Of a stretch of DNA of 32,000 bases, positions 15,176 to 22,999 are shown piece by piece. Position 1 is the stretch's first letter. Each line of letters opens with the position of its first letter. The notes under the pieces are model-generated. The model did not search any database. It saw nothing but the letters and a program-made list of their open reading frames with translations, and had not been told where the DNA came from. Source of the DNA: Candidatus Woesearchaeota archaeon. Lineage in GTDB: Archaea; Nanobdellota; Nanobdellia; Pacearchaeales; GW2011-AR1. The stretch is taken from positions 84,602-116,601 of the forward strand of contig CAZCCD010000002.1 in the NCBI GenBank assembly GCA_964497435.1, written 5' to 3'. The translations under genes and the position numbers were made by a program.

Positions 15176-16201
15176 ATGAGATTTTTATTATCCATAGATT
15201 CTAAAAAATTCTTATTCATTTTTTTGAAGAAAAAATACGGATGCAATTCTTATAATAGTCTTTCAGTTCGATTAAAAATTTCCTTTAGAACGTTACAAAA
15301 TTGGATGTACGATAAATCAAGGTATATTCCAGAAAAGATAATTCCAGAAGAGATTAAATCAAAATTAAACATTTTAGATAAACAAAATGATAATTGGGGG
15401 GCATCTAAGGGGGGTAAAAGAGTCTATAAAATACTTGTTCAAAAGTATGGCATCTCTGAAATAAGAAGAAGACAATCCAAAGGGGGTAAAAGAGCTACAC
15501 AATTAAAGATAAATTCAGAGCCCAAAATAAACATGGAGATAATTCATGACCCAATATTTCTGGAATTTTATGGGGCACTATTAGGAGATGGTTGGCTAAG
15601 CCAATTAAAAAATAAAAACAAGATAATAAGAATTATCGGCCTTTGTGGCCATATTCAATTAGACAGAGAATATTTATTCTACTGGAAAAAAAATTTAAGC
15701 AAGATGTTTCTTAGAACCCCTTATATTAAAGATATTCCGAAAGACAATGGAATGCAACTTACTTTTGGTCATTTTCAATTATTCAAATTTTTGACAGAAT
15801 ACCTAAATTTTCCAATAGGTAAAAAAGAAAAGTTATATTTAGTCTCAGATTTAGAAAAATTAGGTTTTGAGAAATTAAAGTATGTTATTCGGGGTATTTT
15901 TGATACAGATGGATGCTTTTATCTTGATAAGACCCCTGTTGGAAGACCTTATCCTGGAATAGTTATAACGATGAAAGAACCTATTTTAATAAGACAGATA
16001 TACTCTATTTTAATAAAGAAAGGTTTTAAGGTATATCACTATAAATCTGAAAAGATAGAAAGGTTATTTTTAAAAGGCACCAAACAATTAAGAAAATGGA
16101 TTAATGAAATAGGATCCTCAAATCCCTCTAAGTTTAATCGCATGATTAAATATGCCCTTGTAGCTCAGCCGGGATTAGAGCGGCGCACTCCTAATGCGTA
16201 G
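15176..16201 (+). CDS. Free-standing double-motif LAGLIDADG homing-endonuclease-like protein; the last 48 nt overlap tRNA-Arg
   Basis: Motif 1 is FYGALLGDGWLS and motif 2 is VIRGIFDTDGCFYL. The N-terminal HTH-like segment is paralogous to that of 12194-13657. The C-terminal residues ALVAQPGLERRTPNA are read from the tRNA sequence. Confidence 0.75.
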   Translation: MRFLLSIDSKKFLFIFLKKKYGCNSYNSLSVRLKISFRTLQNWMYDKSRYIPEKIIPEEIKSKLNILDKQNDNWGASKGGKRVYKILVQKYGISEIRRRQSKGGKRATQLKINSEPKINMEIIHDPIFLEFYGALLGDGWLSQLKNKNKIIRIIGLCGHIQLDREYLFYWKKNLSKMFLRTPYIKDIPKDNGMQLTFGHFQLFKFLTEYLNFPIGKKEKLYLVSDLEKLGFEKLKYVIRGIFDTDGCFYLDKTPVGRPYPGIVITMKEPILIRQIYSILIKKGFKVYHYKSEKIERLFLKGTKQLRKWINEIGSSNPSKFNRMIKYALVAQPGLERRTPNA

Positions 16202-16229
16202 GTCCACGGTTCAAATCCGTGCAAGGGCA
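16154..16229 (+). tRNA. tRNA-Arg (anticodon CCT), no intron
   Basis: GCCCTTG-TA-GCTC-AGCCGGGATTA-GAGC-G-GCGCA-CTCCTAA-TGCGT-AGGTC-CACGG-TTCAAAT-CCGTG-CAAGGGC-A folds as a complete cloverleaf. Confidence 0.9.
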
Positions 16230-16293
16230 TTTTTATGAAATTTTTTAAACTCAAAACATTTAAAAAACTATCAAAATTACATTCAACAATGAG

Positions 16294-16381
16294 GCGTGGA
16301 TAGTTCAGTGGTAGAATCTCTGGCTTCCAAGATTTAATTTGAAGAAACCAGATGACTCGGGTTCGAATCCCGATCCGCGCA
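16294..16381 (+). tRNA. tRNA-Gly (anticodon TCC) with a 17-nt intron at the canonical 37/38 site
   Basis: Acceptor GCGTGGA/TCCGCGC. Anticodon stem TCTGG/CCAGA, with loop CTTCCAA after removing intron 16330-16346. T-arm TCGGG-TTCGAAT-CCCGA. Confidence 0.9.
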
Positions 16382-16422
16382 TCTTTTTAAATAACAATTT
16401 CTTATCCTAATAGTAAAAAGAG

Positions 16423-16899
16423 ATGAAACAAACAAAAAAATATGCAGGCCCTATTGTCTTAGGAGTAAACGATGCTTTAGTTGAACTTACAGGGGCTTTA
16501 GCAGGATTAACTTTTGTCTTGAATAATGGAAGAATAATTGCCATAACAGGAATAATAATTGGTTTTGCAGCAGCATTATCAATGTCAGTTTCTGAATATT
16601 TTTCATCAAAGGAAGAGGGAAAAAAATCAAACCCTATAAAAAAGGCGTTTTACACAGGAATTGCATATCTTATAACTGTCCTTGTCCTTGTTTTACCTTA
16701 TCTTTTAATAGAAAACGCATTTAAGGCTTTGACAGGAACAATAGCATTATCAATTTTAATAATAGCATTTTATACTTATTTTATTTCAACATTAAAATCC
16801 AAACCATTTTGGAAGAGGTTTATTCAAATGTTAGCAATAGCTTTTACAGTCGCTTTCATTAGTTTCTTAGTTGGAATTCTTTTAAAGAAATATCTTTAG
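16423..16899 (+). CDS. VIT1/CCC1-family membrane protein (putative Fe/Mn transporter, short form)
   Basis: GVNDALVELTGALAGLTF motif, an acidic SEYFSSKEEG loop, and about 4-5 TM helices. Confidence 0.75.
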   Translation: MKQTKKYAGPIVLGVNDALVELTGALAGLTFVLNNGRIIAITGIIIGFAAALSMSVSEYFSSKEEGKKSNPIKKAFYTGIAYLITVLVLVLPYLLIENAFKALTGTIALSILIIAFYTYFISTLKSKPFWKRFIQMLAIAFTVAFISFLVGILLKKYL

Positions 16900-16935
16900 T
16901 TAATAGCATAAATACTTTTAAAAGGAGTTTATATT

Positions 16936-18105
16936 TTGTATACTTATCTTAAAATGGAAGAGAGTAAAATTGAAAAGGATAATCAAGATTCAATTCCTGA
17001 AAAAAAAGAAGAATTAGGAAATTTAAATGAAGAAAAAAAAGAATCAGAAATAATTGAGCATAAAGAGGAAGAAGATAAAGAGCATAAAAAAGAAAAAATT
17101 TATGAGAGTAAAGAAAAACACCACGACGAAACTCCAAAATATCCAGAAGAGAAACAGATTAATGAAAAACATAAAACAAAATTCCATTCAAAGGAAAAAA
17201 AACATGATGAAGTCCATGAGCATAAAAAAATCCACTGGCATGATAGGCATTATAAAAATCTTCTTTTATTACCCTTAGCCATTATATTAGCTTCAATAAT
17301 TTACTTATTTGTTTTTTATCAAGCGAATGGAGACTTTTTTAAAAAGGACATTTCTTTGACAGGAGGAACAAGTGTCACACTCTATGATAAATTAGACGCC
17401 AAAAAATTAGAGTTAGATCTATCTTCAAGGCTAGAAGAGGTTGGTGTGAGAGATGTTTATGACATAATAACTAGAGAGCAAAAAGCGATCGTAATTCAAA
17501 CAAAGTCAGACGGAGAACTAACAAAAAAAATCCTTGAGGATTATTTAGGTTATGGACTTACAGAAGAAAATAGTAGCTTTGAATTTACTGGCTCTTCTTT
17601 AAGTGAGAGTTTTTATAAACAGCTTTTGACAGCGCTTTTAATAGCGTTTTTATTAATGGCAATAGTTGTTTTTCTTATTTTTAGAACATTTATCCCATCA
17701 ACAGCAGTGATTGTCTCTGCTTTTGCAGATATTGTAATGACTATTGTTTTTATAAATTTCTTAGGAATTAAAATATCTAGTGCAGGAATAGTTGCTATAT
17801 TAATGTTGATAGGTTATTCTATTGACACAGATATATTACTTACAAACAGAGTCCTCAAAGGAGCTTCTGGCTCATTAAATGAGAAACTATATGGAGCTTT
17901 TAAAACAGGAATCACAATGACCCTAACAGCCATAGCTGCTGTTGGGATTTCTTTGATAATAACTTCATCTTTTTCACCGGTGTTAGGACAGATTTTTACT
18001 ATAATTTTGATAGGTTTATCATTCGATATATTTAATACTTGGATTACAAATGTTTCAATACTTAAATGGTATGTATTGTCCAAGGAGAAAAAAAATGAAG
18101 CTTAA
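16936..18105 (+). CDS. secF: Protein-export membrane protein SecF with a ~105-aa Lys/Glu/His-rich N-terminal extension
   Basis: The C-terminal 280 aa look like SecF (first TM, periplasmic domain, then FIPSTAVIVSAFADIVMTIVFINFLGIKISSAGIVAILMLIGYSIDTDILL). The TTG at 16936 follows GGAG by 8 nt; ATG 16954 is an alternative start. Confidence 0.8.
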   Translation: MYTYLKMEESKIEKDNQDSIPEKKEELGNLNEEKKESEIIEHKEEEDKEHKKEKIYESKEKHHDETPKYPEEKQINEKHKTKFHSKEKKHDEVHEHKKIHWHDRHYKNLLLLPLAIILASIIYLFVFYQANGDFFKKDISLTGGTSVTLYDKLDAKKLELDLSSRLEEVGVRDVYDIITREQKAIVIQTKSDGELTKKILEDYLGYGLTEENSSFEFTGSSLSESFYKQLLTALLIAFLLMAIVVFLIFRTFIPSTAVIVSAFADIVMTIVFINFLGIKISSAGIVAILMLIGYSIDTDILLTNRVLKGASGSLNEKLYGAFKTGITMTLTAIAAVGISLIITSSFSPVLGQIFTIILIGLSFDIFNTWITNVSILKWYVLSKEKKNEA

Positions 18106-19618
18106 ATTAACATTAAGAATTTGGATTTTAATAATTTCTATATTATTTTCTATGCTAGCAATATTTGGAATTCCTGATTTTCAGAAAGGAGTTTTAATTA
18201 ATAGTATCGAAACAAACTCAACAGCCTTTGAACAAGGTTTAAGACAAGGACAAATAATAACTTATATAGATGGAATTAGAATTAATAGCTTGGATGATTA
18301 TTCAAAGGCTTTTGAAGGAAAATTTATTTCAAATGAAAGCATTAAGATAACAATAAACACAGATAAGCTAGAGGCAATACTTTTCTCTAATCATCCGCCA
18401 AACATAACTGTAGAGGAAATTAAAACAACTAATATAGAATTTGGTTTAGATATTGAAGGAGGGGCAAGAGCATTGATTAAAGCCAAAGATGTTTCTCTTT
18501 CAGGCCAACAAACAAACGACCTAGCAGATATCATAAATAACAGATTGAATGTTTTTGGAATAACTGACTTAAAGGTTCTGCCTGTTTCTGATTTAAGTGG
18601 AAATAATTTCTTACTTATTGAGATTGCAGGGGCAACCCCAAAAGATCTTGAAAATTTAATTTCTCAACAAGGGAAATTTGAAGCTAAAATAGGTAACGAA
18701 ACTGTTTTTATAGGAGGAAATAAAGATATTGCTTCTGTATGCAGGAATGACGCAACCTGTGCAGGTATTGAAAGTTGTCAACAATCTCAAGGAGGATATT
18801 TTTGTAATTTTAGATTTTCAATATACTTAAGTGAGGAGGCTGCAAAAAAACACGCAGAAATAACAAAAAACCTTTCACTCAATGTTTCTGCTCAAGGAAA
18901 TTATCTCTCAAAAAATTTAGATCTTTATCTTGATGATAATCTTGTTGATACTCTTTTAATCAGCGAAAGTCTTAAAGGAATAGTCACAACACAAATCTCA
19001 ATCTCTGGTTCTGGCACTGGAATAACGCAAGAAGAAGCTTTTGACAATGCAGAAGAGGAAATGCACAGACTTCAGACAATTTTGATTACAGGAAGTCTTC
19101 CTTATAAATTAGAAATAATCAAGTTAGATACAATTTCTCCTGTTCTAGGAGAGGAATTTATTAGGATTATTCTTTTGGCAGGAGCCGGTTCTTTATTAGG
19201 AGTATCTTTAATAATATTCTTTAGATATAGAAAAATTAAGATTTCCTTGGCATTATTAATGGTCAGTTTCTCTGAAATTATAATTATTTTAGGGGTTGCC
19301 TCTCTTATAGAGTGGAACATAGATCTTCCAAGCATAGCAGGTATACTAGCTACAATTGGTACTGGAATTGATCAGCAAATAATAATAGCCGATGAATCTA
19401 AACAAGGGGCAATATTAAGCATAAAACAAAGAATGAGAAGGGCTTTAGCAATAATTATTGGAGCTTACTTTACAGCTGTCGTTTCCTTGATGCCTTTATT
19501 ATGGGCTGGAGCAGGCCTTCTAAAGGGTTTTGCAGTTACAACTCTTATAGGATTGACCATTGGAATTTTAATAACAAGGCCGGCTTTTACAGACATAATA
19601 AGGAAGATGGAAGAATAA
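18095..19618 (+). CDS. secD: Protein-export membrane protein SecD
   Basis: N-terminal TM helix, large periplasmic domain, and C-terminal 5-TM module (IAGILATIGTGIDQQIIIADE...). ATG 18095 is preceded by AAGGAG 7 nt upstream and overlaps the secF end by 11 nt. Confidence 0.8.
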   Translation: MKLKLTLRIWILIISILFSMLAIFGIPDFQKGVLINSIETNSTAFEQGLRQGQIITYIDGIRINSLDDYSKAFEGKFISNESIKITINTDKLEAILFSNHPPNITVEEIKTTNIEFGLDIEGGARALIKAKDVSLSGQQTNDLADIINNRLNVFGITDLKVLPVSDLSGNNFLLIEIAGATPKDLENLISQQGKFEAKIGNETVFIGGNKDIASVCRNDATCAGIESCQQSQGGYFCNFRFSIYLSEEAAKKHAEITKNLSLNVSAQGNYLSKNLDLYLDDNLVDTLLISESLKGIVTTQISISGSGTGITQEEAFDNAEEEMHRLQTILITGSLPYKLEIIKLDTISPVLGEEFIRIILLAGAGSLLGVSLIIFFRYRKIKISLALLMVSFSEIIIILGVASLIEWNIDLPSIAGILATIGTGIDQQIIIADESKQGAILSIKQRMRRALAIIIGAYFTAVVSLMPLLWAGAGLLKGFAVTTLIGLTIGILITRPAFTDIIRKMEE

Positions 19619-19669
19619 GATGTATTTCTAATAGAAAAGAAATAAAAACAAAAATTTTCTCTATTTATA

Positions 19670-21175
19670 ATGGGAAAAAATAAGCCTTTATCTAAAATAG
19701 TTTTTAAAAATACCTTTTATAATTTTACATCAAGAATTATATCTAAAATTTTAGGATTAATATTTGTGGTTGTTCTTGCAAGAGCACTTCAACCAGAATT
19801 GTTTGGATTGTACAATATTGTTTTTTCTGTAGTATTTATTTTTCTTACATTTAGTGATTTAGGAATTAATACAGCTCTTATAAAGTATGTTGCTTCTAAT
19901 CTCAACAAAAAAGAAATAGCAGCTTCTTATGTTTCTTATTTATTTAAACTAAAGGTATATTTATCCTTAGGTTTTTCTGCTTTGTTAATAATTTTAGCAA
20001 AGCCTCTAGCAGACTTAGTTTTTAAAAAACCAGAGTTATTTTCTTTGTTTTTATTAACTTCTTTGTATATTTTATTAGCGTCTTTAATTGATTTTTTCTC
20101 TTCGTTTTTCTACCCATTCAATGAGATAAAATATGTCCCGATACAAGAATCCGTCTTTCAAGTCATCAGGATTTTGGTTGTCTTTTCTTTCTTATTCTTA
20201 ATTTCAAAAACCCTAATAAATGTTTTCTTTGCGTTAATAATTACTAACATCTTTATGTTGGCTTTTGTTTTTTTCATTGTTAGAAAAAAATATTTTTTTC
20301 TTTTATCTTTTAAATCATTCTTAAATAAAAAAGAAAAGAAAAAAGTTATTTCTTATACTATTTATTTAACAATAGCAAATCTTTCCGCAATATTCTTTAC
20401 CTATATTGATGTAATAATGTTAGGTATATTCCTAGATGCTAGCTATGTTGGTTTTTACAAAGCAGCACAGTCTTTAGTAACGACTGTTTCAGGATTAATG
20501 GCAATCACTTCTATTCTTTTTCCGATTTTTTCACAACTAGATGCTAAAAGATCTGGGGATGCTTTTAGAAAAGTTTTTAGGTATTCTGCAATATTATCCT
20601 TTCCAGCTTCTTTTGGATTGGCTTTAATTGCTAAACCTTTTATAAATGTGCTTTATGGAACAGAGTATTTACCTTCTACATTGCCATTATTTGCTTTATC
20701 CTTTCTTATTTTAGCTCCAACAGCAAGTTTATTCCCTGTTTTTTTTAGCGCTAAAGAAAAACCAGAATGGCCAGCAAAAATGATGATAATCGCAAGTGTC
20801 TTAAACTGTGTTTTAAATTTCATTTTAATAAAAACTCTTTTAAATATTAGTCCTCTTTACGCAACTCTTGGGGCAGCAATTGCAACTCTTGCTAGCAATT
20901 TCTTTTTTTATTTAAGCCTTGTGATTATTGCAAAAAAAGAATTTAAATTATTCTTAGAACCATCTTCTATTTACAAACCACTTATCGCTAGTTTAGTTAT
21001 GGTTGTTTTCTTAATATCTTTTAATATTGTTGTGGGTCTAACCTGGCCAATGGCAATATTTGAAGTTATATTTGGCGCTATAGTTTATTTTATTATCTTA
21101 TTTTTTATAAATGGCATAAAAAAATCAGATTTTGTGTTATTTAAAAATCTTTTAGGATTTAATCCTGGCAATTAA
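19670..21175 (+). CDS. Polysaccharide/oligosaccharide flippase, MOP (Wzx-like) superfamily
   Basis: 501 aa with about 12-14 TM helices and a Wzx-like N-terminus (NTFYNFTSRIISKILGLIFVVVLARALQPELFGLY). Adjacent to the sugar-modification genes. Confidence 0.75.
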   Translation: MGKNKPLSKIVFKNTFYNFTSRIISKILGLIFVVVLARALQPELFGLYNIVFSVVFIFLTFSDLGINTALIKYVASNLNKKEIAASYVSYLFKLKVYLSLGFSALLIILAKPLADLVFKKPELFSLFLLTSLYILLASLIDFFSSFFYPFNEIKYVPIQESVFQVIRILVVFSFLFLISKTLINVFFALIITNIFMLAFVFFIVRKKYFFLLSFKSFLNKKEKKKVISYTIYLTIANLSAIFFTYIDVIMLGIFLDASYVGFYKAAQSLVTTVSGLMAITSILFPIFSQLDAKRSGDAFRKVFRYSAILSFPASFGLALIAKPFINVLYGTEYLPSTLPLFALSFLILAPTASLFPVFFSAKEKPEWPAKMMIIASVLNCVLNFILIKTLLNISPLYATLGAAIATLASNFFFYLSLVIIAKKEFKLFLEPSSIYKPLIASLVMVVFLISFNIVVGLTWPMAIFEVIFGAIVYFIILFFINGIKKSDFVLFKNLLGFNPGN

Positions 21176-22214
21176 TTACAGCCCTAATTATCTTTCCTTC
21201 TTCTAGATCGTGAATTGCTTGGTTTATTCTAGTTAAAGAATAGGTTCTTGTTATTAGTTTTTCAAGTTTTAATTTACCATCTATATACATCTTGGCATAA
21301 AAAGGTATGTCTCTATCGGGATTTGTGGAACCCCCCCATGAACCCCTTATCCTTTTACCCTTTATTAAATCAAAAGGATAAATTTTTATTTTTTCATTTC
21401 TACCAATATTCCCAGCGATTATTGTTAATCCTCCATCCCTTCCGTCTTTGCCTTCTTTTATAACACTAAATGCTTCTTCCATTGCTTTTTTTGAGCCAGC
21501 GGTTTCTATAGAATAATTAACACCAACCCCATTAGTCAAATCACTTATTTTTTTATAAACATCTCCTTCGGCAGCATTTATTGTATGGGTAGCCCCTATT
21601 TCTCTTGCAAAATCAAGTTTGCTTTTGTTTATATCGACGGCAATTAAAGGATTAATGCTAATAGCAGCTGCATACAGCAATGCACTAGATCCAATACCTC
21701 CTATACCAAATATTGCAATAGAATCTCCAAGGGCAGGATTAATATCATTTTTCACTATTCCTCCTCCAGTAGGAATTGCACAACCCAAGAGAGAAACAAC
21801 AGGACCAGAAATGATTCTTGGAATTTTTGTTAGTCTGTTCTCAGAAACCACTGCATAATTTAAAAAAGTCGCTGCAGATCCAGAGTTTATTTTTTCTCCG
21901 TCTTTATTGTATTGTAAGTCTTTGGTATCCAAACCACTTCCCTTTATCCATGAAACAACAACATAGTCCCCACCCCCTACTTTAGTGACCGTCTCATGAG
22001 TTCTTTGAACTATAGCCGAGGCCTCATGTCCTAATGTGTGTGGTAAATATCTATCCGGACCATTTAAGGCTCTTACCTCATTTATTTGGCTGTGGCACAA
22101 ACCAGAATAAAGTACCTTAACTAAAACCTCCCCCATTCTCAAATCCGGAATTTCTATTTCTTCTATAGAAAGAGGTTTATTACTTTCACGTAATATTGCA
22201 GCTAATGTTTTCAT
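21159..22214 (-). CDS. Zinc-dependent medium-chain alcohol dehydrogenase/reductase family protein
   Basis: GLCHSQ...GHEASAIV zinc-site motifs and Rossmann IFGIGGIGS. The ATG at 22214 (MKTLAAIL) lies 2 nt after the upstream stop; the ORF track extends to 22232. Confidence 0.8.
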   Translation of the reverse strand: MKTLAAILRESNKPLSIEEIEIPDLRMGEVLVKVLYSGLCHSQINEVRALNGPDRYLPHTLGHEASAIVQRTHETVTKVGGGDYVVVSWIKGSGLDTKDLQYNKDGEKINSGSAATFLNYAVVSENRLTKIPRIISGPVVSLLGCAIPTGGGIVKNDINPALGDSIAIFGIGGIGSSALLYAAAISINPLIAVDINKSKLDFAREIGATHTINAAEGDVYKKISDLTNGVGVNYSIETAGSKKAMEEAFSVIKEGKDGRDGGLTIIAGNIGRNEKIKIYPFDLIKGKRIRGSWGGSTNPDRDIPFYAKMYIDGKLKLEKLITRTYSLTRINQAIHDLEEGKIIRAVINCQD

Positions 22215-22216
22215 TT

Positions 22217-22843
22217 TTAGGTTGTAAACCAATGATAATCCCCATCATAGCCAACTTCTTCGAAAAGACTTTTCCATTGATCAACCGAGTAAACAGTTTT
22301 AATAGTTGGTGCCCATGCAAGAAGCCTTTCCTTTTCTCTTTCATTATTAAATGCATCCACATTAACAAAATAGTTTCCTCTTCCTACCCGCATAATTTCT
22401 TGTAAAGCTACTTTAGCTCTCTCTGGGGTCAAGAAATGTATGGTATTAAATGCAGCTACAAAATCAAAAGAATTATCTTCGAAGTCTAGTCTATCAGCAC
22501 TTCCAATTAAGAGAAAAGGCTTAATTTCTTCAGGAGCTTTTGAAATAGCATATTCAGATACGTCAATGCCACGAACAGCCATATTGGGATATAGCTGGAC
22601 TAAATCGTAGAGAAAGAATCCCTTTGCACATCCAACATCTAAGACACTGCTATTGGGTTTTAAATCATATCTCTTTACCACTTCTTCAGCAATAGGTTTC
22701 CATCTACCATCATAATTGTAACCTCCATAACCTTGGTCTCTTGTGCCATCAAAATAATCATGTCCAAATGCCGGATCCATATTACGAACAGGACCATCAT
22801 ACATTTTATGTTGTGCTCTCAAAAGATTATATAATTCCCCCAT
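22217..22843 (-). CDS. Class I SAM-dependent methyltransferase
   Basis: Motif I VLDVGCAKGFF, post-I acidic residue, and motif II/III region FDFVAAFNTIHF. Confidence 0.8.
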   Translation of the reverse strand: MGELYNLLRAQHKMYDGPVRNMDPAFGHDYFDGTRDQGYGGYNYDGRWKPIAEEVVKRYDLKPNSSVLDVGCAKGFFLYDLVQLYPNMAVRGIDVSEYAISKAPEEIKPFLLIGSADRLDFEDNSFDFVAAFNTIHFLTPERAKVALQEIMRVGRGNYFVNVDAFNNEREKERLLAWAPTIKTVYSVDQWKSLFEEVGYDGDYHWFTT

Positions 22844-22999
22844 ATCAAATCTATCTGGACTTCCTTTATATCCTTTTTTATAGTGAATAATATATCTTAT
22901 TTTATCTTTCTTCTAACCCCTTTTTGTCATAGAATAAAAATAAAATGGTTGTTAGTCCATCAAGTCTTTCAATATTTACTCTTTCTTTGATTGAAGAAC

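Noticed and set aside
15118-16229. The idea that the tRNA stub plus a downstream sequence form a split tRNA, or a tRNA with a giant ORF-containing intron.
   Set aside because: The downstream tRNA-Arg is a complete cloverleaf by itself. Its 3' acceptor strand (CAAGGGC) does not complement the stub (ACCCCTG), and I found no matching 3' half (CAGGGGT plus a T-arm) in the window.
16949-17278. ORFs 16949-17137 (-) and 17054-17278 (+) within the SecF 5' region.
   Set aside because: They arise from the purine-rich low-complexity tract that encodes the SecF K/E/H-rich extension, which keeps alternative frames open.
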